Below are positions 1 to 12,000 of a stretch of 64,000 nucleotides of DNA, in pieces. Every line of letters begins with the position of its first letter. Positions within the stretch are counted from its first letter, which is position 1. The notes below the pieces were generated by a model that saw nothing but the letters and a program-made list of their open reading frames with translations, had not been told where the DNA came from and did no database searches. The translations under genes and the position numbers were made by a program. Source of the DNA: Takakia lepidozioides (taxonomy: Eukaryota; Plantae; Bryophyta); assembly GCA_030704615.1 (NCBI GenBank), contig CM060733.1, positions 58,776,001 through 58,840,000 on the forward strand, read 5' to 3'.

Positions 1-890
1 TGCAAGATGTGTGCCCTGTCATGCTAAGATACCTTTACAGCCAATCCTGGTGACTGAACCATTTTCCAGTATTGGCTTAGATCTAGTTGGATCCACGTCC
101 ATGGGCCATGTATACCTTGCGGTTGCTACGGACTACCTGACGAAATGGGTTGAGCTCCGACCTCTGGTTGCTAAAGATAGTGATGAGGTGGTGTAGTTCT
201 TCTTTGATAAGGTGATACTTCGTCATGGTTGCCCTCTTGAAATCCTCACGGATCAAGGTACTGAGTTTCTGCAACCAACTTATGGAGATTGTCTTGTTTA
301 ATCTCAACACTAAGCATGCCATTACTGCTCCCTACAATCCCCAATGCAATGGTTTGACAGAACGATTTAACAAAATTATATGCCAGATGCTCGAGAAGAA
401 TGGAACACTAATTGATGAATGGGATATTGTTGTGCATATTCTGCTCTTTGCCTATAAGACTTCTATCCATGCCAGTACCAAAATCTCACATTTTGAACTT
501 TTGTATGGTAGGAAATGTAGAACTCCTTTGCATATCTCCTGACTGCAGGTATCCGCCATTGAGCCTGAGAATTGGGAAGACTTTTTGCTTTCCATGGATG
601 CTAGACGACGTAGTTGGTGTGAAACAACTAAATCTAATATTGTGTTTGCCCAAGCTGCTCAGGCCAAGAATTACAACAGACGTGTTGTGTATTCTGAATC
701 ATTCAGGGTAGGCCAGTCTGTTTGTGTCAAGCTCTAGCCTGGTAAGCAGATATCTAAGGCCAAACGTCGGATTGATGGCCCTTACCTTATCTCTGATATT
801 CTTCCTGGCAGACAGTATGTCTTGCTCCCCCAGCATGCTTCTACTCCTCACTTAGCTAGCTCCATTCATGTTTCATTGCTTGTTCCATGT
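1..890 (+). mobile_element. Degenerate Ty3/gypsy LTR-retrotransposon integrase (3' end of pol), truncated by the window edge
   Basis: PFSSIGLDLVG...VATDYLTKWVE, then a stop, then ILTDQGTEF, a frameshift, then TAPYNPQCNGLTERFN (DDE core), SHFELLYGR, and a downstream GPY motif (RIDGPYLI...IHVSLL). Confidence 0.9.
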
Positions 891-2190
891 ACTCTTTACT
901 TTTGATCTCACCTGTTTGAATGTTGAGAACCGTCAGGTGATCTTCACCCCCACAGTTCGGACAACTCGTGATTTGGCCCTGGCATCTTCTTCTTTAGAGT
1001 AGTTTTGAATTTCGTGACAGTTTTCTGCACCAATTGTAGCACTTGGGGTTTTTCCTATGGGATGTTTTGTCCTCCACCCAGCTTGCAGGGTGAGGTTTCT
1101 TCCCTAGGTTTTTTCATCCCTTGTGTGCCGGGTGTGTAGTTTATTTTGGCTAGGCTTCGTTTTTTTTCTTCCTGAGCTCATCACTCGCAGGAGCTCGCAG
1201 TTTCTAGTGGCCCCAGCAGACTTCACATACGTGGAGCTGGGATTCATTCTCACCTTCCTTTTCAACTTGGATGAATGGAGGACGGATGCGCCCCGGATAA
1301 TTTAGGGATGGACGGAGCCATGATGAAGTCTAGATGAACTTACACTTTGCGCATGAGGATGAGTTGGCAACAGCTTATGACTTTATTAGGTGACTTTATT
1401 AGGATGGATCTAGGTGATCTGACTTCTTTCTGTGGCTATGCTGGAAGGGCATGTGGCTGGCTTATATGTAAGTGCCACACGGCACTAATATTAGATTACG
1501 ACCTAATACTATTTAAGCTCGACTGCCATGGCACTGAGGGTGGTGGCTTTTGGGTCTTACGCGAATGTACGCTTGGTGTAACGGTGTGCTTGAGTGTGTG
1601 GATGAATGTGTTTTGGAAGTCCGACTCTGTTGCGTCATCTTCATAAGATTCCGTCTTCTCTGCCAGGCCCATCTATAGACTACATTCCCCAGATAGGATT
1701 AAGTCCGGTAGAGGAAGGGGATCAAACCCATAGCGCCGGAATCAGACTTCACAGGTTCATATGTCATAAGTCAAATCTGATGGTTTCAGTGGCAAGCGTT
1801 TTCAAATAATCAAGTGTGAACAACCTTAGATAGTTTAGACAGTTTAGATTCCATAGTCCTCACCGAGCAAGCTTTGCCCGATCAATGCATGTACACAGTG
1901 GAACTAGTACCGATCTGACTTAAGGACCGTTCACACTTAGTGATACGGTCACTACTAGCTATGGCTGTTCATACATATGCTCCCATGACAGGTAAGTAGT
2001 CCTCGTGGCAGCCACTATCACCTGAGCTACCACTGATAATAAATTTGTTGATAACTTATTTACAAGCCCGTCATAACCTTTACAACCGCGCCTATTATTA
2101 GCGGCAAATTATCTCTTTGAAACCACAGCACCTAAGGTACCATTTTCCATTGAGTCTCCTTCCCCGATCAATACTCGAACTCGAGCTTTT

Positions 2191-3448
2191 GTGCATAACG
2201 GAGCTTCAGTGTGCTGCGACAATAGTCAAACCAGCGTGATGACGACGATACAACCTGCACTGGCAGCTGCTTCAGGTGATAGTGAATCTATAGAGATAGC
2301 AGGAAGAGGGAGAGGGAGAGGGAGAGGGAGAGGAGGGGGAAGGAGAGAAGGAGGAGCAGTGGGGAGGGGAGTTGGTGCAGCACCACAGCGTCAAAAACAA
2401 GGAAATTGGGAGCATAATGAGGTGTTTGCTCTCATCAAATGTAAACATGATGAGCATGTGGCACAGAAGGCGTTGGTGGATCCCCGAGCATATATGGTGC
2501 CTGCTGCAATCAAGTGGACTAGAATTTTGGAAGAGCTGCAGAAGGTTATGAAAGCTAGGATTCCTCGAAATGGGAAGATGTGCAAAGAGAAACGGAATGG
2601 TCTTAATTCAGATTACAAGAAGGTTTCACACTATCACAAAGGAACCGGCCATAATACATCGTATTGGGAGTTGACCACTGATGAGCGCGATAAGTATCAC
2701 CTGCCTCGCCAATTCAATAGAGACTACTATGAAGCGATTGAAGCATTCCAGGGGGAACGCATAATTAATGCACCTGTTCATGTAAGGGATCTGAATGCCC
2801 CTGGGGATGGAAACTATGTTGCACCCATGCCAGAAATTGAGATACAAGAGGAACAAGAGGAATCAACAACACAACCCCGTTCACATATGACAAGTTTTCT
2901 TGGCCAAGACTTCATACCAGAAGCACAAGGTGCAGTTCTAGAACGGGAACAGGGTAACCCAATACGTGTAAACATTGTCAACCTCGACGATTACTTTGAG
3001 AGTACTCAACGAGCCTTTCCTGATGTGGTCAATTTGTCGAATGTTCATAGTCAGGTTGTGCCTGCACCATCAATCGGCCAACCAACAACCCTTGGCAGTA
3101 CCGGCGTTAAGCGCAAGCGCACAAACATATTCTCACCAGTAATCGAAGCTAGTGACAAGGGGAACAAAGTAATTGTAGACGCAGTTGGAAATTGAGGAGC
3201 GGCGTAGTAAGGTTCGGGAACGTACTGTAAAGGATCAGCTAGTGTACCTCAAGCAAAGAGACAATAAACTTCGGAAAAGAAGCAAAGAAATGGTGAATGT
3301 GCTCTCTAATTTGAGCATGGCAATGTGCCACGCATTCATACAGGATAAGCGACTAATGTCTCCCCCCATGAACATTCAAGACTCATCAGACGATGAAGTT
3401 CTAGACCTCCAGATGATCACCAGGATATCTGAAGATCCAGTAGCTTGA
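2191..3448 (+). pseudogene. Harbinger ORF1: trihelix/Myb-SANT DNA-binding protein, probably frameshifted near 3190
   Basis: WEHNEVFALI...KWTRILEEL...RNGKMCKEKRNGLNSDYKKV...SYWELTTDERDKYHLPRQF is a Myb_DNA-bind_4/trihelix pattern. A coiled-coil-like C-terminus continues in the overlapping ORF 3185-3448. The N-terminal RG repeat derives from (GGGAGA)n. Confidence 0.8.
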
Positions 3449-3883
3449 TTGAACTACTCATTTGAATGATGACATTCTATACATTGATATGGTAGCTTGA
3501 GTGAATGACAATTCAATTGATGTTGTAGAGATTGATACAGTAGCGTGATTGAAATCAGCTAAGTTTTTGGTACAAATTTTGGTCCATAGAGACAAAACAA
3601 TCTAGTCTGAAGCCATTTCATGCCTTCTATGTCAATGAACTCCATTCAAATTGACATTGAATTGACAAATCCATTCTCCATGTTCTGCCTGTTCACTATC
3701 CTCTACGTAGTTTGTTACCAAGATACTGCTCTAAAGCTACACGTTGCTCCAATCCAGAAATCTCTACACCTTATAATTGCGGTTCAGCTTCATAGTCCAT
3801 TGCATTATCTCCTGGAATCCATTGTTCATTGTTCGCAGCCTCTCATCGACCAGGATTGCCACACGATTAATATTGTTTTCCAG

Positions 3884-5171
3884 TTATAATTGAATCATTA
3901 AGCTTTCAATCTCAGCAGCCTTTCCTCCTAGGATCATGTTATACAAGATACAACAACAGATGACTACATCAGGTAGAAATAGAACGTGCAAATTGGTCTT
4001 CATGATCAGTTCCCTGAAGCTCTTCTTTAAGATGCCGAATGAATTCTCCACTACGCTGCGACCTCGACAGAGGAGTTTATTATAAAGTGCTTCCAAAACA
4101 GTGTGGCGAATGTTGACCCTTGCTTGTGTAGAGTCATTACCCACGATAACAAAAGATACCCTTTGTCGGCGAGTAAATAGGGTTTGATTCCTTCGGCACC
4201 ATGGTCCTGATGAAACAAATTTTCATGTACAGCTCTATGATATAAGCTCGAGAGTCTGAGTATGCGTGAATTATTCATAGATCCAGGCATCCTGATGAAG
4301 ACATCCCCGAACCTATGGTCGAAAACTGCTTGTAACTGCATGCTGTGAGCTTTGCTCTTATATGAAAAGTAGTCTCCAGCAAATGGGCCACGAGGTTTCT
4401 GCATGTGCACCTGAGTAACGTCGATAGCTCCGTGCACTGAGGGAAGACCACAAAAGTCCTTAAAACCATCCATTACGTCTCTTAATTCATCTCCTTCTGG
4501 CCATCTCAGTTGATTTCTGAACACAATGTTAACGGAATGGACGAACTCTCGAAGACACAAATGGACTGTCGATTTGCCCATGGCAAACATTTCAGAGCAT
4601 TGCAGATAGTCCGCTCCATGGGCAAGCTTATATAGCGAGCAAGCAACACTTATTCCTACATGTATATCGCATCTGTATCGAGCGTTCGTTTTTTCCATCA
4701 GGTGGTTCAATTCTCTAGTCAATAGAGCAACAAAATCTCTACTCACCCAATCCATCTGGAGTCCTCGTATTGCGTCATTAGGAAGTGAGAGTACCTCTTC
4801 ACCCAATCTCCAAGCTCTCTGTTCATTAGAAGCTCGTATACGCACGACATTCTGTGCTGGTGGAGAATCAGCGAATTTATCATGGTATGAAACAGTGCTT
4901 TCCGCTCTCTTAAAGATTCTGAAGCTACTTCACCTGGAAATTCCGAGAGAGACATCGTTTCAGCTTCGTAACATGTGATTAAAGACTCCTGGTCTTGTAA
5001 AACAATCTGGAAAAATTGTGCCAGGAGAATCACATTCAATGGCCTCATGTTGAGTAGGAGCTGCCACCCTAGATCTCGTGAAATATATGCAGGAATGTGA
5101 TGACGAGAACCGCAGAACCAAGATGCTCCCCTGAGAGAATTCAAGAATATGGAAGTAACGGGCTGTGACAT
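3884..5171 (-). pseudogene. Harbinger (HARBI1-like) DDE transposase, frameshifted
   Basis: Three overlapping ORFs give WVKR..FLMTQYEDSRW / LYKLAHG...GKSTV...HGAIDVT...QAVFD...PGSMNNSRIL...LLADKGY / RSVVENSFGILKKSF...CCILYN. At least 2 frameshifts; the second catalytic Asp appears as Asn (MNNS). Confidence 0.9.
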
Positions 5172-5756
5172 GCCACAATAAAGATCCTATCAACCACGAT
5201 ATCATATATCGATTCATGAACAGCGATAGCATCGTAGGTATAGACAAGTTAAAATACAATATACTTATCACCAAGTATGAACTGCGGTAGCATGCTGTTA
5301 TAACTACTTACTGATACGGTGAAAATTTTTTAGATCGTGGCGATAATTTATAAGTTTTGCTATGTACGCTGGAAACGTATCACCAAGTGTGAAGGGTCCT
5401 TTATGCAAAGAACGTAATCATATTACACAAGAATGATCTCTTAAGTACTGCGAGATATCTAACCTTGTGTGCTCTTCTATCATCTTGTATGACACTCTCT
5501 AAGATACACATAACCTCGATGCGAAAAATCTTCTGGAATCAATTTATTTCTCCTCAGCAGGTGCTGCAATGTGCACTAGTTTTCGCTGACGCATCTATAT
5601 GCTAGCTGATACAGCCAAGTGTTCAATTAGACACTTGCAATTCTTCAGATACTAGTGTCTGCTCGGCCGATTTCTGATTTCTGAAGAAAATGCTTCTTTT
5701 TATAAGCAATCTGGACAATTGCAGAGCCTTCGAAGTCTCCTCATCACCATTATCCT

Positions 5757-7477
5757 CTATACATCAGATACAGCTGCTTTATCCGCGTCATGTGGCTTAA
5801 CAACTTTTTCAGAGTCAGTAGGCGGTACAGGTACTGTCTTTGAGACTTCGTCAGCACCATTATCCTTTGTAACATTATCTGTGTCATCTGGTTGCACTCC
5901 CTCCGGACCGAAAGGCAGGTAAGGTTTATTTTCCATTGGAAATGCTCTTGCAGGGTGTCCGGCCGAAGGAGCCACAATACCTGCGCGCACATTTAAATCT
6001 GCTGCAGCTTGCACTGCAACAGCCACACCACCTGGCTCTGGCTTGCCTGTGGGCGAGTTACGAACCTCAGCATCCAGCACTTTGGCAGCATCTATTTGGG
6101 TAACAACCTTGTCCATTGGCAGCTCAATAGTAGCGTCCTACAGTGTGACAAAGAGAAACAAAAGTCAGCCTGAATGTAATTTGGTGAAGTAAAACATACT
6201 GCGAGCTTACAGCCACTAACATTTCGAACATTCAGGCCCGCCATTGAATGTTTCTCATACTTGTCACATTGTTTACAAATATAAAAGGCAATTCTCTGAC
6301 TTCCGTCTTCAATCAGCCTCTAATCCACGACATCCTCCACCATCTGGGTCTCGAACAGCATTATCAGCTGCCAATCTTATATAGTAGACATACAACATCG
6401 ACAAGCTCTAATGGGGCTGCGATCATTCCTCCCCAGGAATCCGTCGTCTGCAACCAACTTGCAAATGTACAAAGACAGTACCGAGGATGCTTACCATGAG
6501 AACATCAGCAACAGTTGTTTTCTCGTTATCACCAACGCGTGGATTCAATTCCGCAGCGGACTGGGCCATAGCTCCCAAACCCCCCTTAGAGCCCCCTATA
6601 ATACCAGTTGCACGTGTCTCTGCGCTCAGAATAGCGCGCGCATCGCCGGGTCCTATAGGTCTATCCCCTGATCCTACCGCTGCTGCCTCCAAGGCCTGTA
6701 CTCCCAAATTAACAAACCCGCAGGTTAGAGAACTCGCAGGTTTCAATTTCCTGGTGATTGTAACACAAAAATTTCAGACACGTTTGCGAAGGTGGCTGGA
6801 AGACGTAGTCACGTACCTCGCCGATGGTCACAGCCTCTTCGGCAGCAAGTTCAGGGGAAGTGGGAAGTGGCTTCATGGATCCTGCCACCGCCTCTCCCGC
6901 TACAAATATCGTATTCATCTCTACACCTGCACAAATCGGCAAATCCATGACACCACCCCGTGTAAGACTGGTTCAGAAATCAGATTCTCCCACGAACAAC
7001 CTTCCGATTTTTCTCTCCCTTTCCCCCTAGACGCACCCAGCACAAGAGCGTCTGCAGTCAACACAACCTTCATGCCAAGAAACAGTCAACACAACGTTTG
7101 TGCCAAGAAACCGATCTGAGCACTTCCAGATTGAAGCACACCGGCATAACCTTCTCAAATTGCTAAGCTGTAGACACTCATATTACCCCCCACAACAACA
7201 ACCCACCTGGCATAATGATCTTCGCCACGCTGACACCTGCTTCCGCCACACTAGAGTGCGCATCTGCCGGTACAAGACCCTCCTTCACATTGGTCTCAGC
7301 GGCACCTTGCATTGCAGAAGCAGCACCACCCTTTTGGGTCTGGCCCAGCGCCAAGGTCTCCGCACTCTGCATGAGTGATGCATCTTCACGAGTCACAGCC
7401 TGCCCCTCTAGCTGTGCCGCTGGCATCCCGAACACCTCAGGATATGTCACCGGCCCATTCCAGGTATCCAAACTCAT
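5757..7477 (-). CDS. LEA protein, seed maturation protein (SMP / LEA D-34-like) family, 4 exons
   Basis: Exons 7477-7207, 6926-6817, 6695-6495, 6137-5757, all GT-AG and in frame. Three SMP repeats: VTREDASLMQSAE...GGAASAMQGAA; TIGEALEAAA...DARAILSAE...AQSAAELN; DKVVTQIDAAKVLDAE...GGVAVAVQAAADLN. Confidence 0.9.
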
Positions 7478-7549
7478 TGTGCCTGCCGATCTCCGCTGCC
7501 CAGTACCAGGATTCTCGGTGGATCAAAGACTACGCTTTGCGTCTGAGCA

Positions 7550-7710
7550 AATCCAGCTAGCAGTGCTCCTAACAATTCTTCAGTGCGAGACGAGATATTG
7601 AGCTTGCATTCACAGACAGACTGATGCTAAATCCAGTTAGCAGTGTTTCTAAGAATTCTTCAGTGCGTGCGAGAAGAGATGTTGAGCTTGCATTCACAGA
7701 GAGACTGATA
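7550..7710. repeat. Tandem duplication (~80 bp x2) in the LEA 5' UTR/proximal promoter
   Basis: AATCCAG(C/T)TAGCAGTG...AATTCTTCAGTGCG...TTGAGCTTGCATTCACAGA.AGACTGAT occurs twice. Confidence 0.85.
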
Positions 7711-7785
7711 CTGCTTGCTGCTCCGGAGAGAGTATATGATTCATGAGCAGCTGCTACCTGTCACGAGCAGCTGCCCTGTGACCCC

Positions 7786-7885
7786 GCCGACATCGGTCTC
7801 GCAGCGCAAGGCACGTAGGGTGGTGGGGCCTCGCTGTTGGCACTCACTCATTCCCCATGGACTACACGTAAGCTCCTCACGTGGC
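7786..7885. promoter_or_regulatory. ABA/dehydration cis-element cluster upstream of the LEA gene (ABRE/G-box and DRE/CRT)
   Basis: GCCGAC at 7786-7791, CACGTGGC at 7878-7885, additional CACGTA cores near 7812 and 7865; 300-400 bp upstream of the LEA ATG. Confidence 0.6.
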
Positions 7886-8030
7886 CACCGACCTTGACTC
7901 CGATCGAGGACACAGGACACAGGACACAGCTCATCTGTCATCTCCCTATCCAGCCCAGTGTAGAGGGGTAAGACAAAGATTGATGCTTCAGCTATGATGC
8001 TTGGGGAAATCCGAGGTTTCGAAGAGGTCA

Positions 8031-8143
8031 CAAACAGCAACACAATTGCACAGCAAAGGAGGGCAAAGACCACACACAGATGGAATACAAACAGCAACAC
8101 AATTGCACAACAAAGGAGGGCAAAGACCACACACAGATGGAAT
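8031..8143. repeat. Tandem duplication, 57 bp x2
   Basis: CAAACAGCAACACAATTGCACA(G/A)CAAAGGAGGGCAAAGACCACACACAGATGGAAT occurs twice, nearly identical. Confidence 0.95.
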
Positions 8144-8578
8144 GTGGCAACACGCACAATGTACAATGGTAGTAGCAAAGAAATTTATTGCTTGTAGAAT
8201 TAAGTGTGAGGAAAAATTGTTCACATTATCTATACTGCTATGAGAGTGACAGGGACCCCAATGTCAACCTCGACCAGAAGCTATACCAGACCACAGGCGG
8301 CATGATGCCGTGTGGCTCTCTCCTTCCTCCTTACTCACACTCCAATGTCTCGTATGGCTACCTCGCCTGGGTGGAAGAAGAGATGTTGCTTTGCTCAGTC
8401 AAACCACTAGTAGGGGCTTCAAAAGCGGGCTACCACATAAGTGGGGAGAATAGATAACCCTGTTGTGCGTGAGCTAATAGACTGGTAAAAGAACATGTGG
8501 TGTATTATCTGGACAAAAGCAGATCAAGTCTACTCAACATCACTGAAGAGTGAAGTCGGCCCCTGCATCACCTTCCAG

Positions 8579-8775
8579 AAGAAAGGCTGTTGATCTGGTA
8601 TTTCCAAACTAGGTGAAGGATCGACGTCCACAAGGTTTTTAGTAAGAAAGGCTGTTGATCTGATATTTCCAAACAGGGCGAAGGGTCGACGGCCACAAGG
8701 TTTTTAGTAAGAAAGGCTGTTGATCTGGTATTTCCAAACTGGGTGAAGGATCTCCGTCCACAAGGTTTTAGTAAG
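8579..8775. repeat. Minisatellite, ~64-65 bp x3, downstream of the FtsH4 stop
   Basis: AAGAAAGGCTGTTGATCTG(G/A)TATTTCCAAAC...GAAGG...CCACAAGGTTTT(T)AGT occurs three times. Confidence 0.95.
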
Positions 8776-9006
8776 CAGAATTTCTAGAGTACTCGTGTAT
8801 CTGTTCCAAGATGTGTGTGCTGATCTTGTGTCTGAAATGCTCCCAATCCTGTGTCACTCTTCACTCAAAGCCATCGTCCCATAAGAAGTATCAAACATCT
8901 GTGGGTCCGGCAACACATTTCGGATCCCTTCAGAGCTCATTCCTCCTCAAAACACAATATACAGAAACCTCTCACCAGAGCGTTGTCAGGAATACTGCCC
9001 AACGTG

Positions 9007-12000
9007 CTATGTTCCAGCAGGCTGAGCAGCTGACTTGGCTTTCCCTGCTGCAGCAGCAGCGACTGCAGCAGCGGCATTGGCAGCTGCAGCAGCTGCGGAT
9101 GCTGGCAATGGTGATGGCGATGGCGTGAGATTTGGAGGGCAAGGCAGCATTGTGGTTGCCCTGGAGGCCTGGGCATTCACTTGCACAAGCAATGCCTTGA
9201 TCTGCACCCCAGTTAAAGTCTCCTGCTCGAGCAATGTGGCCGCGAGTGCGTGGAGTTCCCGTTGATGGGTGGTGAGTATATTTTTCGCATTTTCATAAGC
9301 AGTCTGCAGTAACTCCCGGACCTCACTTTCCACAAGCAACCGTGTCTCCGTGCTCATGGATTTACCATCGTCTTCATAGTTGTGGGCCACAACACCCACT
9401 GCCTTGCTCATTCCATACTTGGTCACCATCTCTCGAGCAAGTCTTGTGGCAGATACAATGTCTGAAGATGCACCCGAGGTTACCTACAGGTATCAAAATG
9501 ATTGGTTACACACTATCCACACATACAATCTGGAATTCCAGTGACAATCACAAATGAAGCCTATAAATCTCCTCCAAATATATTTGACAACTTGATGACA
9601 GGCTGCTAATCTGACAACTGACTTCACAGAGTGACAAACAACAAAGCTCCCCTTACCAGTACCAAGGAAACATAAGACAAACATATCACCCCCAGACAGT
9701 TTCAAATCACCCAGTGACCTCTCAACCATTTTGAGCTTGACTTGAGTATCAGGCACAGTGACAACCAACATCTAACCCAGTGGTAACGGCACAACCCGCC
9801 TCACTAGCGCTTGTGGGTTCAAACCCACATGTTGGATGTCATAAAAGGTGTCCACCTTCCAACCGGAAGGCAGTAGCCCTTTGGGATCAAGTGACACCAT
9901 AAGCTACGCTTGCTTCGGCAACGTGTTCACATTTCATTTCAGGCACAGTCGGTGCATCCCTGAACAAAGAAGTTGCCGAAGAGAAGAGCTCAGTGTTCCT
10001 AAAACAAAAGCTTCACCTGAATAGTACGTGTCCAAAAGAGTCAAGAGTCTGAGAGAGAGAGAGAATGTACTGATGCTGTTTCCCTGCGAGTGTTGGCTTG
10101 CCATAGCCTTACAGTCATTTACCCGGAGGGGAAATAACCCTCCTGGAGCCTTTTGTGGGTTGGGTTTGCACCCACCAGGGTTTAGCTTATCCCCGCAGTT
10201 CAGCTGCAGGTATAAACTTATTTTCCCTCAACTGCCATTAAGGCGCTCACAGAGGCACTTGTTTGCATGCAAACTCGACAGCCCGGTTGCAGAGTTATTC
10301 CGAGAGAGGGAGAGAGAAAGAAAGAAGAATGGCACAGAGGACAATGAGGGCATGAAACAGGGTAGAACAAACCAAGAAGTACTTCAGAATACACCCGAAG
10401 ATGAAGTGCCTCAAGCAGGTGGGCTGCACGGCACTTTGGATCTTCAAAGCCAAAGGCCTCCACTAACAATTGGAAATCTCTAAAGCATCTCCTGAGAGAG
10501 AAAAAGAGAAAACGTACTCATGAGATGTTGTTTGCTGTAGAGAGAGAGACTTACCAAGATAAACACAATTAGTTCAGGCTTTCCAGATATCCTCTAGAAA
10601 GCCTTCACACAAGCATCAAGAGTGAACTGCCCAGCAATTAGACCCAAATAGGACCAGGGCTCAACCTCAAGATTGGTTGGTGAACAGAGGTGCAGGAATA
10701 TGTTCCTGAAGAGGGTCACTCTCTGGTGAGAACATCCCTGACAAGGTAACAGAAAATGGATAGTCTTCAGGCTGCCTGCACATCAGGCAATTACAATCTC
10801 CTTTTCCTCTCTGCATCTGTTTTTCGTTCAAAGGTAGGTGGAGGACTGGAAACAAGTTAAGGGAAGTTTTATGCCTAACTTAATTACACCAAGGTTGAGA
10901 GAGAGAGAGAGAGAGAGAGTGAGGGAGCTACACACCTCCCCCTCCCCAAACACAAGTTCCTCTGCGACACGGCCCCCCATGCAAACATCAAGACGTGCCA
11001 GCATCTGTTTGCGAGAAAAACTGGTTTCGTCTTTCTCTGGCAACTGCGACACCATACCCAGGGCCATCCCCCGAGGCACAATTGTTGCTTTGTGCACTGG
11101 CAAAGCTCCGTCGGTGTGAATTGCCACCAGTGCATGGCCTCCTTCATGGTATGCAGTGAGTCGCCGTGACTCTTCTGATATTACTGCAGACTTGCGTTCG
11201 CTTCCCATCATGATCTTGTCTTTGGCAAACTCAAGATCAACCATGCTCACATCTTTCTGTCCATCCATAGCTGCTTTCAGAGCTGCTACATTGACTAAAT
11301 TGGCCAGGTCAGCACCTGAAAACCCAGGAGTTCCACGTGCAATTATCGACAAGTCCACATCCTCTGATTTTGGCACCTGCCCAAGTATGGACACTCTTAT
11401 TATGTTCCGGATTCCTAGGAGATTGATTTAGGCCAATCCAGATGCAGTGAGTTTCAAAATACAGTACGTAGTCAATGCTCAGAAAGTCGTCTAACTATAC
11501 AGAGCCAAATAAACATCACTCGGAAGCTTGACTGAAACAAAAACAATTCTGAGCTTCTGTGACAAACAACTTTTGCCCATCAAGCAAGCAGCCAATAAGA
11601 TCTCAGACATCTCACTGGAAGGACCTCTTTGGCTCATGTGTATATTTGCCTCAATTATGTGTGCAGATGTTTCTCCACCCTACCATGAAGGAGTTACATA
11701 ATATATCTCTGTGAGAGCCTAGTAAACTCTGAACTGACATATGCGAGGTAACCAAAGATAACCTCATGGTTACAGTAACCAAATGGTTGCACCATGACAC
11801 AAAATCCTGATTGTCAACATGAATCACCACCATAACCATCCTTCAATGCTTGTGAAGCCCAGCCAAGTACAGAGGCAGATAGTCTTGATTGAGATGAGCT
11901 AACTTACCTTGGACATGTGGGACTCCAGAATTTGGCGCCGACCTTCAACATCAGGGTTGGGCACAACCACGTGGCGATCGAACCGGCCTGGCCGGACCAA

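Larger units (their letters stand above)
1923..5400. mobile_element. Complete PIF/Harbinger DNA transposon (~3.48 kb) with both ORFs disabled
   Basis: Left TIR AGGACCGTTCACACTTAGTGATACG (1923-1947) matches the reverse complement of 5376-5400 at 23/25. TTA target-site duplication at 1920-1922 and 5401-5403. Contains convergent Myb/trihelix and DDE transposase ORFs. Confidence 0.95.

Noticed and set aside
1811-1826. CAAGTGTGAACAACCT resembling a second Harbinger right TIR
   Set aside because: Short match; no partner TIR or TSD found
6487-7601. Long + strand ORFs (210 aa, 128 aa) and similar antisense ORFs over FtsH4, XS and CRE
   Set aside because: Shadow ORFs of genuine coding sequence on the opposite strand
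8291-8315. Small GC-rich hairpin CCACA-GG-CGGCAT-G-ATGCCG-TGTGG
   Set aside because: Too short for a miRNA precursor, and no associated element ends
8579-8775. CRISPR-like repeat-spacer appearance
   Set aside because: The apparent spacers are homologous to each other and the context is eukaryotic with no cas genes; this is an ordinary tandem repeat
9765-9836. Functional tRNA gene
   Set aside because: The anticodon arm does not fold, the T-arm is one base short, and it is part of a TSD-flanked SINE
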